43,639 nucleotides of DNA, taken from the IMG/VR virus record IMGVR_UViG_2617270952_000006. One strand, 5' to 3'. The position numbers and the translations under genes are program-made. The notes below the pieces were generated by a model. The model had not been told where the DNA came from and did no database searches. It saw nothing but the letters and a program-made list of their open reading frames with translations. Below are positions 28,868 through 37,393 of the stretch, piece after piece. Numbering within the stretch: the first letter of the stretch is position 1; the number at the start of each line of letters is the position of its first letter. The DNA is from a virus (lineage: Duplodnaviria; Heunggongvirae; Uroviricota; Caudoviricetes).

Positions 28868-29052
28868 CGTCTTCCTCTCTTGCCCTGTTTGACCATCAGG
28901 ACGCCGTTAACTATTACGTGACGTTCGCCTTTGCTGTCTCGGTTGTACTTGAGCACCGTTCCTCTTGCGCAGGAAAGCATCCTCGCCACTTCGGTCTGAT
29001 TGCCTCGTGTCTGGATAAGAAGCTCTGGTATCGTTTGAATTGTGGCGTTCAT
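28864..29052 (-). CDS. ninH: NinH-like protein
   Basis: 62-aa product with HTH-like ..GNQTEVARMLSCARGTVLKY.. immediately upstream of Q, overlapping stops/starts. Confidence 0.65.
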   Translation of the reverse strand: MNATIQTIPELLIQTRGNQTEVARMLSCARGTVLKYNRDSKGERHVIVNGVLMVKQGKRGRR

Positions 29053-29411
29053 ACGTTCTCCAGTTCGGTGATTTTTATTCCAAGCCTTCCGCCTGGTACT
29101 TTCACGCCACGAATTACGCGAATGTCATCGAATTGCTCGTCGTCTTCCGCAAATCCGGCGTGGATAAGGGAGTCGAGTAAACCTTTAAGAATGTTGTCGA
29201 GGTCGCGGCGGCGGGAGTCTGGAACGTCTGCGATGACTTTGATTCGTAGTCGTGATTTGGTGAAAATGTCTAACTTGAGTTGGCGGATGATTTGCTGAAC
29301 GTCTTTTCGGTATTTCTGGCCTTTATCGCTGATGTAGTATTGGCTTCCCCGTCTTCGCCAGTAGGTGTTCACCGACGGCGGGTATGGAAGCACAAACTGA
29401 TATTCGTTCAT
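29049..29411 (-). CDS. rusA: Holliday junction resolvase RusA
   Basis: 120-aa product MNEYQFVLPYPPSVNTYWRRRG..DVPDSRRRDLDNILKGLLDSL.. matches RusA family. Confidence 0.85.
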   Translation of the reverse strand: MNEYQFVLPYPPSVNTYWRRRGSQYYISDKGQKYRKDVQQIIRQLKLDIFTKSRLRIKVIADVPDSRRRDLDNILKGLLDSLIHAGFAEDDEQFDDIRVIRGVKVPGGRLGIKITELENV

Positions 29412-29698
29412 GACTTAATCTTCCCCTCCTTCAGCAGTATCGCCTGCGTCCTGATCACGCCTTCGAGGTGGTAAAGTCTGGCGTCTTTGTTGTCGAGATT
29501 ATAGGTGCGTCGGTCGATTTCATCGTGACACGCGCTACAAGCCCATGCGCCGATCAGGTCGTCAGGCTTCATTCCCGTTCCGCAAATTCCAGCCATCCGG
29601 TAATGTGCCAGAACTGTAGTTTCAGGATTGCCATTGCATACGCCGTAAATACGTACCTGGCATTCTCTGCCGCGTGCTTCTTTGCGTAGATTAGCCAT
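29408..29698 (-). CDS. DUF1364 (YbcO-like) Cys-rich putative nuclease
   Basis: 96-aa product with conserved Cys/His pattern (..CQVRIYGVCNGNPETTVLAHYR..CSACHDEID..); nin-region position. Confidence 0.6.
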   Translation of the reverse strand: MANLRKEARGRECQVRIYGVCNGNPETTVLAHYRMAGICGTGMKPDDLIGAWACSACHDEIDRRTYNLDNKDARLYHLEGVIRTQAILLKEGKIKS

Positions 29699-30420
29699 TA
29701 AGCAGCCTCCCCTGTTACTTTCAGCATTCCGTTATCGAGCAGCTTTCTGGTCAGCCACTGTTGACCACGCCCGGTGATTTTTGTGGTGAACGATATCTGT
29801 ATCCCGTGATTTGTGTTGACCGCTGTTTCTTTCACTGTGAAATAGCCGCGATCCATATATTCCTGCATTGGCACATTGCGCCGGGAACCTGAAGCAATAA
29901 GGATTTTGTGATCGCGCATCCACGCAAACAGTTTGTTTGGACCAATTCCAACAACCTTTGCAAAGTTTCCAATCAAAATTCCGCTGGCCTCGCCAACGCG
30001 ATCGGCAAACTCAACTTTAGGTGCGGCAATTGCGAGCTGGTTTTCCAGTTGCATTTTCTTCTCGGCAAGATCAGCAGCAAGGCGCAACGCTTCCGGTAGC
30101 GTTTTGGGGATATTAACCGCAGCTTCTTCAAGCTCTCGCCAGCGGTCAACAAGGCGAGCGGTGAATTCCGGCGACAACTGGGCAACAACAACAATACTAT
30201 CTCGCTTACCTTGTTCGCCTTCGAAGACGTAATGCTCGTACTGAACATTGAACCCTAAGTTATTGATTCTTTCGGAAACCTCAATTTGAGGAAGCCGGAT
30301 AACACCATTTTTAGCCAGCGTTTCGATGGTACGTTTCACATTGTCATGACGCTTACCAACCAACTCAGCGATTTCAATGCTTGTCATTTTTATGGCATTG
30401 CCATTTATTAACTCATTCAT
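29698..30420 (-). CDS. Antirepressor-like protein (N-terminal Rha/ORF6N-type DNA-binding domain plus C-terminal KilAC-like domain); Roi-like position
   Basis: N-terminal ..MTSIEIAELVGKRHDNVKRTIETL.. motif; 240 aa; located in nin region. Confidence 0.6.
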   Translation of the reverse strand: MNELINGNAIKMTSIEIAELVGKRHDNVKRTIETLAKNGVIRLPQIEVSERINNLGFNVQYEHYVFEGEQGKRDSIVVVAQLSPEFTARLVDRWRELEEAAVNIPKTLPEALRLAADLAEKKMQLENQLAIAAPKVEFADRVGEASGILIGNFAKVVGIGPNKLFAWMRDHKILIASGSRRNVPMQEYMDRGYFTVKETAVNTNHGIQISFTTKITGRGQQWLTRKLLDNGMLKVTGEAA

Positions 30421-30589
30421 CGTCTTCTTCCTCGTACATTGAGCTATTCGGATCGCTCATCAGTTCTGCGCAGCAGTGCTCACACACGTGAACTTCCAGC
30501 ACATGCAGCTTCTTACCGCAGTTAGCGCACGTTAAAGCTCGCTCGACGCTTTCTTTCTGGTATTGGAGGGATTGGGATGGGCTAAGCAT
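30413..30589 (-). CDS. ninF: NinF-like small Cys-rich protein (58 aa; below ORF-track size cutoff)
   Basis: Translation [58 protein letters not shown]; stop overlaps next gene start. Confidence 0.6.
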   Translation of the reverse strand: MLSPSQSLQYQKESVERALTCANCGKKLHVLEVHVCEHCCAELMSDPNSSMYEEEDDE

Positions 30590-30941
30590 TATTGGCGTCC
30601 TGCATCATGAGAAAGACAATCATGGCGGCGCGGAGGGAATTTTCATGTATAGCTCGCTTAGATTTACAGTCGGCCACACCACGTGCACCCCACTCGTCTT
30701 CATCGAGATTGATAATGCTAATCCTGTACTTCTCAATAATCGGCCATGAGGCGCTAGGATCATTGCAGTAGTCAGGTAAAGGGTTTAATGGCTCAAAAGT
30801 TGTATCAGCATTTCCGTAATACCATTTGTTGGTGTTATTCCCTGATGTTTCCGGTTTACATGCCCAAAGGCCTTTAAAAATTATGTCTCCTACCATTCTG
30901 TTAATTTCAAAATCACTTAACTGTGAATAATCCATTGTCAT
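30582..30941 (-). CDS. NinX-like (DUF2591-type) protein, tentative
   Basis: ~119-aa ORF (start taken at [19 protein letters not shown]..) in nin region; ATGA overlap with ninE stop. Confidence 0.45.
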   Translation of the reverse strand: MTMDYSQLSDFEINRMVGDIIFKGLWACKPETSGNNTNKWYYGNADTTFEPLNPLPDYCNDPSASWPIIEKYRISIINLDEDEWGARGVADCKSKRAIHENSLRAAMIVFLMMQDANNA

Positions 30942-31114
30942 TTCCTCGCACGATATCTTAGCCACCGGATATCCCACAGGTGAGCTGTGTAATTGAAGGT
31001 TTTTACGTCAGATTCTTTTGGGATTGGCTTGCGTTTATTTCTGGAGCGTTTCGTTGGAAGGTATTTGCAGTTTTCGCAGATGATGTCGGTGAAACTTCGT
31101 CGCTGTCGCCTCAT
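30938..31114 (-). CDS. ninE: NinE
   Basis: Product [58 protein letters not shown] recognised as lambda NinE; ORF track extends upstream in-frame. Confidence 0.75.
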   Translation of the reverse strand: MRRQRRSFTDIICENCKYLPTKRSRNKRKPIPKESDVKTFNYTAHLWDIRWLRYRARK

Positions 31115-31638
31115 GCCGCCCTCCTGACGCCCTGCCCGATCGCCATCAATGCCGCTTTGGATACGGTAGTAAACATCCGTCGAGGACTGATGAACGGTCG
31201 CCAAATCAGCAGCATGGAGCCTTTGCTGTTTCCCTTCTTCTCCAGCCCTGTCGATGGTTCGATAAAATTAATCCGTCCATCAGTGATAATGCGAACTTCG
31301 TCGACACTCTCCAGAGCCTTGCTGAACCATCCGACTGACATATCCTCTGGCACAAGCATAACTACCGTCTGTCGCTGTTGTATGCACTGCTCAGCGGCTT
31401 TTTCCACCCACGGCCTGATATTGCTGTACGGTGGGTTATTCCAGATTGCACCGTGGCTTACCCACTCAGAATTGAGCGCGTCGTCGGCCTCAGTTAGCCA
31501 GTGAGCACACAGAGCATTTTTGTCGCTCGCTGCCGAATCCAGCCAGAATCCAAACTCAATATCCAGTGCATCAAAAAGCCAAAGCGGCGTTTGCCAGCAG
31601 TCCTTGTCGTGTGCTGGCGTATTTGATTTGATAGTCAT
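31111..31638 (-). CDS. DNA N6-adenine methyltransferase (phage Dam-type, orphan)
   Basis: ~175-aa product from [23 protein letters not shown].. with NPPY catalytic motif (..[10 protein letters not shown]..); no adjacent restriction endonuclease gene. Confidence 0.8.
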   Translation of the reverse strand: MTIKSNTPAHDKDCWQTPLWLFDALDIEFGFWLDSAASDKNALCAHWLTEADDALNSEWVSHGAIWNNPPYSNIRPWVEKAAEQCIQQRQTVVMLVPEDMSVGWFSKALESVDEVRIITDGRINFIEPSTGLEKKGNSKGSMLLIWRPFISPRRMFTTVSKAALMAIGQGVRRAA

Positions 31639-32075
31639 GCTGCCCGATCTCCCCATCGCGCTTTCCATTCGAGAGCCAGTCGCGCTTCGTCTGACCACTT
31701 AACGCCACGCTCTGTACCGAATGCCTGTATAAGCTCTAATAGCTCCGCAAATTCGCTTACACGCATCCTGCTGGTTGACTGGCCTATTACCACAAAGCCA
31801 TTCCCGGCAAGGTTAGGAACAACATCCTGCTGCTTTAATGCTGCGGTAAACACACACTTCCAGCTTTCTGCATCCAGCCAGCGACCATGCCATTCAACCT
31901 GACGCGAAACGTCACCAAGGCAAGCCCAAAGCTTTCGATTCTGGTCTAAGCTGCGGTTGCGTTCCTGAATGGTTACTACGATTGGTTTGGTTGGGTCTGG
32001 AAGGATTTGCTGTACTGCGTGAATAGCGTTTTGCTGATGTGCTGGAGATCGAATTTCAAAGGTTAGTTTTTTCAT
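31635..32075 (-). CDS. ninB: NinB recombination protein
   Basis: 146-aa product MKKLTFEIRSPAHQQNAIHAVQQILPDPTKPIVVTIQERNRSLDQNRKLWACLGD.. recognised as lambda NinB. Confidence 0.85.
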   Translation of the reverse strand: MKKLTFEIRSPAHQQNAIHAVQQILPDPTKPIVVTIQERNRSLDQNRKLWACLGDVSRQVEWHGRWLDAESWKCVFTAALKQQDVVPNLAGNGFVVIGQSTSRMRVSEFAELLELIQAFGTERGVKWSDEARLALEWKARWGDRAA

Positions 32076-32090
32076 GACTTCCCTCTCCCC

Positions 32091-32122
32091 CAAATAAAAA
32101 GGCCTGCGATTACCAGCAGGCC
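32091..32122 (-). terminator. tR2-like rho-independent terminator between helicase gene and ninB
   Basis: Minus-strand 7-bp hairpin (ggcctgc/gcaggcc) followed by T-run. Confidence 0.5.
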
Positions 32123-32148
32123 TGTTACAAGCTCAGTGATGTAGATGG

Positions 32149-33525
32149 TCATACGTCCGCCCCTTGTGCATATCGTCTGCCACGCGCAGCAGGTGCATTT
32201 GATGCTGTGCAAATCTGTCTGGCTTCATCCTGGTCACATGCAACAAAGTGTCCGTTGCAGAACCGCTGGTAAACCGTACCAAGCGAGCCAAAACGGTTTT
32301 TCGTCACGATGATTTCAGCAAATGGCGCGGCGCTACTGTTCTCGTCATATACCGCTTCCCGATAGAGCATGATGATTGAGTCTGCGTCCTGCTCAATGCT
32401 TCCTGAATCACGCAAATCTGCGTTTGTCGGGCGTTTGTTTGGTCGCTTCTCAACATCGCGCGAAAGCTGACTTAGGGAGATAACAGGCGTTTTCAAGTCT
32501 TTCGCCATCGCCTTCAGGCTTCCTGAGATGTGAGCAATTGCGAGGTCGTTGCGGTCTGCTTTCGGCTTCTCAATCAGGCCAAGATAATCCGCCATGATGA
32601 GTGAGAGGTTTGGATTTTCCTGTTTGTGCCGTTCTGCGATTGAGCGTATTTCTTCGACCGATAACCGCGAGGCATCGACTACCCATACATCCAAATCTGC
32701 AAGCTGACTCATGCCGTTAGCAACACGTGCCCAGCCCTCGTCATCCATTGATGCAGGATTTCGCAGTACGCTAACCGACATCCTCCCGGCGTTGGCAATG
32801 CTTCGCTCTGCAATCTGCAATGCGCTCATTTCCATTGAGAAAATCAATACTCCGCGCCGGACGTCAGAACCAGGAATAACGCGGCTTGCAACGCCTTCGG
32901 CAATCTTCAGCGCCAGTTCGGTTTTCCCCATACCAGGACGAGCAGCGATTATCACCAGGTCTTCCGCGTTCATCCCTCCGGTGATGGCATCAAGTTCTTC
33001 GATTCCGGTCTTCAGGGTATCTGACTCTTCTCCGTTCCTCAGACGCCTGTCAAGCGTGTCGGTGTAGTCAGTGATGATTTCCCCTAAGCGTACCGGTTTA
33101 ACCTCGTCACGGGGCTTTCTGATGGCTGAGAGACGCTTTACAAGTTCATCCATCGCCTGACTCGATGCGTCGATGGTTCCGCTCTGAATTGGTTCACGCA
33201 TTTCATCCATGATTTCCAGCACCAGACGGCGGTGATAGTTATCCGCGACCATTCCGGCATATCCCTTCAGGTTTGCGGCACTCGGGCAGTTTTTGCTGGT
33301 CATCAGGATTGACGTGAAATGCTCCTCTCCGCACGCCTCGGCAACCATCAGCGCATCGATTAGGTTTCTGTTTCTCGCCTGCTTGCGGATAACCTCGAAG
33401 GCTTTCCGGTAGAGTGGAATTGAAAACGCTTCCGGATCCAGCGTTGCCAGAACGTCGCTGGCGGTTGGTGTTAATCCACCAATCAGCAGGCCACCGATAA
33501 CGCTCGCTTCGATATCCTGTCTCAT
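32149..33525 (-). CDS. Replicative DNA helicase, DnaB family (P22 gene 12-like)
   Basis: 458-aa product with DnaB N-domain and RecA-like core: Walker A ..[12 protein letters not shown].., ..LIFSMEMS.., ..IIMLYRE.. Confidence 0.9.
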   Translation of the reverse strand: MRQDIEASVIGGLLIGGLTPTASDVLATLDPEAFSIPLYRKAFEVIRKQARNRNLIDALMVAEACGEEHFTSILMTSKNCPSAANLKGYAGMVADNYHRRLVLEIMDEMREPIQSGTIDASSQAMDELVKRLSAIRKPRDEVKPVRLGEIITDYTDTLDRRLRNGEESDTLKTGIEELDAITGGMNAEDLVIIAARPGMGKTELALKIAEGVASRVIPGSDVRRGVLIFSMEMSALQIAERSIANAGRMSVSVLRNPASMDDEGWARVANGMSQLADLDVWVVDASRLSVEEIRSIAERHKQENPNLSLIMADYLGLIEKPKADRNDLAIAHISGSLKAMAKDLKTPVISLSQLSRDVEKRPNKRPTNADLRDSGSIEQDADSIIMLYREAVYDENSSAAPFAEIIVTKNRFGSLGTVYQRFCNGHFVACDQDEARQICTASNAPAARGRRYAQGADV

Positions 33526-34469
33526 GCAATCCCCCTGTCTGCAAACTTCCCTTCCCGAACTCCCGTTAACGAGTCTTCCCTCAGCAGGTAATCAAAATCT
33601 GCCGTCCAGCCCGTGTCGTTGTCTCCGAAGTAAAACGGCTTGGCCTGATGCACAAACGCCCTGACATACGCTCTGAAACCGTCCACGTTTGGCGTTTTCA
33701 GTTGCGGAATGATTTTCTTCAGGCGGCGTTTGCGTTTCTCGTTGACCGCAACAGCGTGTGGCAGTCTGTCACCGACTTCGGTGTTGTAGGCGTTCAGGAA
33801 GGATTCGTAGTCGATTCGTTCTGCCTTGCGACGTTCAGGTTTAACCTGCCCATCGCCTCCCCCATTGGGGGGTAGGGGGGTATTATTTATATTCTTGTTA
33901 ATACCTTCTTGTTCATGATGTGCGGTTGTTTGTGCGGCTTCATGTGCGCTTTCATGTGCGGCATGTGCGCTGAAAGCCGCGCCATTACTGGCTTCTCCAT
34001 GTGCGGCATCATGTGCGGTTGTTTGTGCGGCTTCATGTGCGGGTAAATTGTCCATTTTTTGAGCATATTCATGGTAATTTGTGATGGTTATCACACGACC
34101 TTTTTGCTTCTCTCCATCAATGGAGATCATCCCCTCTTTCACAAAAACCTGAAGCATCCGCTCAACCTGATCACGGCTTGCTGGCTTGCCATGTCTGTCG
34201 CATAACTGAAGACCTAAATCAGCTGCTGTCACAACCAGTTGACCGGGTTGCAGATGCCATTCATGACCTTTGAAATTCGCTTTGTATGGCTTTCTGGCGG
34301 CATTCAGGAGAAGGTTTTCCCACAGGGTGCGAAGATAAACATCTTTCGCCCATGACTGTTTCAGAATGCTCCGGTACAACGGAATGTAACCAGTTTTCTG
34401 GTTCTCCATCCTGTTGCTCCTGCGCTCGTGTGCGGCGCTGAAATCGTAGATTTTTGCTGTATTGCTCAT
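33522..34469 (-). CDS. Replication initiator (lambda O / P22 gp18-like) containing the origin iterons
   Basis: 315-aa product upstream of helicase; internal His/Ala-rich repeat encoded by DNA iterons; N-terminal region O-like. Confidence 0.75.
   Translation of the reverse strand: MSNTAKIYDFSAAHERRSNRMENQKTGYIPLYRSILKQSWAKDVYLRTLWENLLLNAARKPYKANFKGHEWHLQPGQLVVTAADLGLQLCDRHGKPASRDQVERMLQVFVKEGMISIDGEKQKGRVITITNYHEYAQKMDNLPAHEAAQTTAHDAAHGEASNGAAFSAHAAHESAHEAAQTTAHHEQEGINKNINNTPLPPNGGGDGQVKPERRKAERIDYESFLNAYNTEVGDRLPHAVAVNEKRKRRLKKIIPQLKTPNVDGFRAYVRAFVHQAKPFYFGDNDTGWTADFDYLLREDSLTGVREGKFADRGIA
33880..34045. repeat. Replication origin-like iteron array within the initiator gene, with adjacent A+T-rich tract
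   Basis: Direct repeats: ~35-bp unit tcatgatgtgcggttgtttgtgcggcttcatgtgcg (33913-33948) repeated at 34007-34041, plus shorter catgtgcgg copies between; A+T-rich 33880-33905. Confidence 0.6.
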
Positions 34470-34471
34470 AA

Positions 34472-34744
34472 CTACCTGCCTTGACGAAAGACCTTAAGAA
34501 CATCGTTAAACTGACTTACGGATATGTCTTCTTTGAGAAGCTTTTCCAGAAATGCGTTTGGAATGAACGTATATCCCTCCTCTTTTGGTAGAGACGGGAG
34601 CAACGCCCTCGCCTCAGCCTTCAGAAGCTCAGTTCTGGCAACTTTCACAAAAGAGATTTGAGTTCTTTCATCAATGGAACGAAGGAAGCGCAAACGCTTA
34701 GCTTCTTTGTGTGTATCAGGTGGATTAAAGCCTTTGTTTCGCAT
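34472..34744 (-). CDS. Hypothetical 90-aa protein inserted between cII and the initiator gene
   Basis: ATG 34744 preceded by GAGG RBS; stop 2 nt before initiator start; ORF-track 193-aa version overlaps cII and is likely overextended. Confidence 0.45.
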   Translation of the reverse strand: MRNKGFNPPDTHKEAKRLRFLRSIDERTQISFVKVARTELLKAEARALLPSLPKEEGYTFIPNAFLEKLLKEDISVSQFNDVLKVFRQGR

Positions 34745-34766
34745 ATAATTACCTCGTTGGATGTTA

Positions 34767-35060
34767 TTAAAATTCCATTTGTATTTGATCAGAACGCTCG
34801 GTTGCCGCCGGGCGTTTTTTATTGGTGAGAATCGAAGCAACTTGTCGTGCCAATCGAGCCATGTCGTCGTCGACGACACCCCATTCAAGAACAGCAAGCA
34901 GCATTGAGAACTTTGGAATCCAATCCCTCTTCCACCTGCTGATCTGCGACTTATCAACTCCCACAGCTTCCGCTGTCTTCTCAGTTCCAAGCATTGCGAT
35001 TTTGTTAAGCAACGCACTCTCGATTCGTAGAGCCTCGTTGCGTTTGTTTGCACGAACCAT
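34767..35060 (-). CDS. cII: Transcriptional activator CII (lambda-type)
   Basis: 97-aa product MVRANKRNEALRIESALLNKIAMLGTEKTAEAVGVDKSQISRWKRDWIPKFSMLLAVLEWGVVDDDMARLARQVA.. recognised as lambda CII. Confidence 0.9.
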   Translation of the reverse strand: MVRANKRNEALRIESALLNKIAMLGTEKTAEAVGVDKSQISRWKRDWIPKFSMLLAVLEWGVVDDDMARLARQVASILTNKKRPAATERSDQIQMEF

Positions 35061-35179
35061 ATGTAAGTATTTCCTTAGATAACAATTGATTGAATGTATG
35101 CAAATAAATGCATACACCATAGGTGTGGTTTAATTTGATGCCCTTTTTCAGGGCTGGGATGTGTAAGAGCGGGAATGTC

Positions 35180-35395
35180 TTAAGCGGCTTTGTGTTCCGG
35201 CGGGAACACGTCATCAAGACTGACTTTTGCGCCTAACTTGTTTAGGCACTCAACAAGAGCACGGCATGTTTTAAGGTCTGGGAAGCGACGACCAGATTCC
35301 CAATGTCCGATAGCTCCCTGTGTGCATCCAACTGCCTTAGCAAGTGTTGTTTGAGAGATATTCAGTGACTCTCGATATTTTCGTAGGTTGCTCAT
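35180..35395 (-). CDS. cro: Cro-like HTH repressor
   Basis: 71-aa product MSNLRKYRESLNISQTTLAKAVGCTQGAIGHWESGRR.. with Cro/C1-type HTH, divergent from cI. Confidence 0.8.
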   Translation of the reverse strand: MSNLRKYRESLNISQTTLAKAVGCTQGAIGHWESGRRFPDLKTCRALVECLNKLGAKVSLDDVFPPEHKAA

Positions 35396-35506
35396 ATGCC
35401 CTCCATAGTAACCATGAAACAATAATACGATATGTACTTTTAGAATGCAAACAAAAAATACATCTTGTGCATGGATGGTTTTAGTACAGAGCGTAATAAT
35501 AAGGGT
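35396..35506. promoter_or_regulatory. OR region: divergent pR/pRM with operator copy at 35422-35440
   Basis: Minus-strand reading gives -35 TTGCAT, 17-nt spacer, -10 TATTAT before cro; 19-bp motif AAAGTACATATCGTATTAT nearly identical to the pL operator copy. Confidence 0.45.
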
Positions 35507-36166
35507 ATGAAAATGAAATGGTATGAACTGGCTAGATCCAGAATGAAAGAGCTCGGCATAACTCAAGAGAAGTTAGCTGAAGAGCTTGGTATGACGCAGG
35601 GTGGAATTGGTCACTGGTTGCGCGGATCTCGTCATCCATCTCTTGACGAGATTGGTGTGGTGTTTAAATACCTTGGTATTGATAACGTCTCATTCAACCA
35701 CGACGGTACATTTTCACCTGTTGGCGAATACTCATCTGCCCCCGTTAAAAAACAATATGAGTACCCTGTTTTTTCTCATGTTCAGGCCGGGATGTTCTCG
35801 CCTGAGCTTAGAACCTTTACCAAAGGTGATGCGGAGAGATGGGTCAGCACAACCAAAAAAGCCAGTGATTGTGCGTTTTGGCTTGAAGTTGAAGGTAATT
35901 CCATGACCGCGCCAACAGGATCCAAGCCAAGCTTTCCTGACGGGATGTTAATTCTCGTTGACCCTGATCAGGCTGTTGAGCCAGGTGATTTCTGCATAGC
36001 CAGACTTGGTGGTGACGAGTTTACCTTTAAGAAACTGATCAGGGATAGCGGTCAGGTGTTCCTCCAGCCACTAAACCCGCAATATCCAATGATTCCATGC
36101 AATGATAGCTGTTCCGTAGTAGGGAAAGTTATCGCCAGCCAGTGGCCTGAAGAGACATTTAGTTAA
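35507..36166 (+). CDS. cI: CI-type prophage repressor (LexA-like, RecA-stimulated autocleavage)
   Basis: N-terminal HTH (..[22 protein letters not shown]..), C-terminal S24 peptidase motifs (..GNSMTAP.. and ..FKKL..); ORF track extends upstream to 35465. Confidence 0.85.
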   Translation: MKMKWYELARSRMKELGITQEKLAEELGMTQGGIGHWLRGSRHPSLDEIGVVFKYLGIDNVSFNHDGTFSPVGEYSSAPVKKQYEYPVFSHVQAGMFSPELRTFTKGDAERWVSTTKKASDCAFWLEVEGNSMTAPTGSKPSFPDGMLILVDPDQAVEPGDFCIARLGGDEFTFKKLIRDSGQVFLQPLNPQYPMIPCNDSCSVVGKVIASQWPEETFS

Positions 36167-36198
36167 CAGCCTCACCACTCTAAAACACACAACAATAA

Positions 36199-36226
36199 CC
36201 CGACCTTAGCGTCGGGTTTTCTTTTT
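36199..36226 (+). terminator. Rho-independent terminator downstream of cI
   Basis: Hairpin cccgac-cttagc-gtcggg followed by ttttcttttt. Confidence 0.5.
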
Positions 36227-36291
36227 CCAAAATATAAACCCATTAAATACAAAGCGTTATAAAAAACTAATTATATTTAGAACATTTTGTA

Positions 36292-36320
36292 TTGACTCGA
36301 TAAAGTACAAATCGTACTAT
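36292..36320 (+). promoter_or_regulatory. pL promoter with overlapping operator (OL)
   Basis: -35 TTGACT (36292-36297), 17-nt spacer, -10 TACTAT (36315-36320); 19-bp motif AAAGTACAAATCGTACTAT (36302-36320) shared with OR. Confidence 0.5.
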
Positions 36321-36359
36321 TTAGCCATCAGCAGGACGCACTGACCACCATGAAGGTGA

Positions 36360-36390
36360 TGCTCTTAAAAATTAAGCCCTGAAGAAGGGC
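36360..36390 (+). promoter_or_regulatory. nutL site (boxA plus boxB hairpin)
   Basis: tgctcttaaaaattaa followed by gccctgaagaagggc, matching lambda nutL boxA/boxB. Confidence 0.7.
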
Positions 36391-36562
36391 AACCTTCAAA
36401 GCAGAAGGCTTTGGGGTGTGGTGAAGGGTTCATGGATGGGAATATGTCGCACGTAAAGCGGCGAGGCCTGCGGAACTATTGCCGAATTGAAGTCGGCCGA
36501 AGCAGGTCGAAATGGGTCTCCCACCTACCACACCACCAAAGCTAACTGACAGGAGAATCCAG

Positions 36563-36889
36563 ATGGATGCACAAACACGCCGCCGCGAACGTCGCGCAGA
36601 GAAACAGGCTCAATGGAAAGCAGCAAATCCCCTGTTGGTTGGGGTAAGCGCAAAACCAGTTAACCGCCCTATTCTCTCGCTGAATCGCAAACCGAAATCA
36701 CGAGTAGAAAGCGCACTGAATCCGATAGACCTTACAGTGCTGGCTGAATACCACGAACAGATTGAAAGCAACCTGCAACGTATTGAGCGCAAGAATCAGC
36801 GCACATGGTACAGCAAGCCACGCAGTGAAATGGGTGTAACTTGTGTTGGTCGCCAGAAAATGAAATTAGGCAGTAAACCACTTATTTGA
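36563..36889 (+). CDS. N: Antiterminator N (lambda-type)
   Basis: Product MDAQTRRRERRAEKQAQWKAANPLLVGVSAKPVNRPILSLNRKPKSRVESALNPIDLTVLAEYHEQIESNLQRIERKNQRTWYSKP.. recognised as lambda N with arginine-rich motif; AGGAG RBS. Confidence 0.85.
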   Translation: MDAQTRRRERRAEKQAQWKAANPLLVGVSAKPVNRPILSLNRKPKSRVESALNPIDLTVLAEYHEQIESNLQRIERKNQRTWYSKPRSEMGVTCVGRQKMKLGSKPLI

Positions 36890-36897
36890 GGTGAGAT

Positions 36898-37221
36898 ATG
36901 GAAGCATTAGTAGTAGAGCGAAGCGAGGATGGCTACTGGACGCACCCAGAATACGCCAACCTGTTTGGGGATAGAGAGGTAATTTCAGCTGATGAGTTCA
37001 GATCTTTCTGCAAGCAGCATGGCATTGAATCATCAATTGTTGAAATGGAAAACGACAACAATCAAACGGTAATTGACGCGTATTTTGAAGATGGGAATCA
37101 AAACATCAGTGGATGGGAGCCAAGCATGCCAGATGGAGAAGGATGGTTTGTCGGTTCGATTCACGATACAGAAGACGGTCCGATCTGCGTTTGGTTCAGG
37201 AATGTAGATAAGGCCGAATAG
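36898..37221 (+). CDS. Acidic 107-aa hypothetical protein immediately downstream of N
   Basis: Strongly D/E-rich product; GGTGAG RBS; stop codon sits in the loop of a terminator hairpin. Confidence 0.6.
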   Translation: MEALVVERSEDGYWTHPEYANLFGDREVISADEFRSFCKQHGIESSIVEMENDNNQTVIDAYFEDGNQNISGWEPSMPDGEGWFVGSIHDTEDGPICVWFRNVDKAE

Positions 37222-37236
37222 TCGGCCTTTATTTTT
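37212..37236 (+). terminator. Rho-independent terminator (tL1-like)
   Basis: Hairpin ggccga-atag-tcggcc followed by tttattttt. Confidence 0.55.
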
Positions 37237-37355
37237 GGCATAAACAACAGAATAAACACTGCACTGTGTATTCATTCCAACGAGTGAATACACGGAGCAA
37301 TGTCGCTCGTAACTAAACAGGAGCCGACTTGTTCTGATTATTGGAAATCTTCTTT

Positions 37356-37381
37356 GCCCTCCAATGTGAGGGCATTTTTTT
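37356..37381 (+). terminator. Second rho-independent terminator upstream of the 322-aa gene
   Basis: Hairpin gccctc-caatgt-gagggc followed by 8-nt T-run. Confidence 0.55.
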
Positions 37382-37393
37382 GATGGAGGATAT

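Noticed and set aside
33887-34072. 61-aa ORF rich in His/Met/Pro ([25 protein letters not shown]..)
   Set aside because: Produced by the origin iterons read in another frame of the initiator gene; a repeat artefact.
34472-35053. 193-aa ORF-track protein spanning cII in another frame
   Set aside because: Upstream two-thirds overlaps the lambda-type cII gene out of frame; only the distal 90 codons (34472-34744) have an RBS and are retained.
37033-37293. 86-aa minus-strand ORF downstream of N
   Set aside because: Overlaps the plus-strand acidic ORF and two terminator hairpins; no RBS; low-complexity translation.
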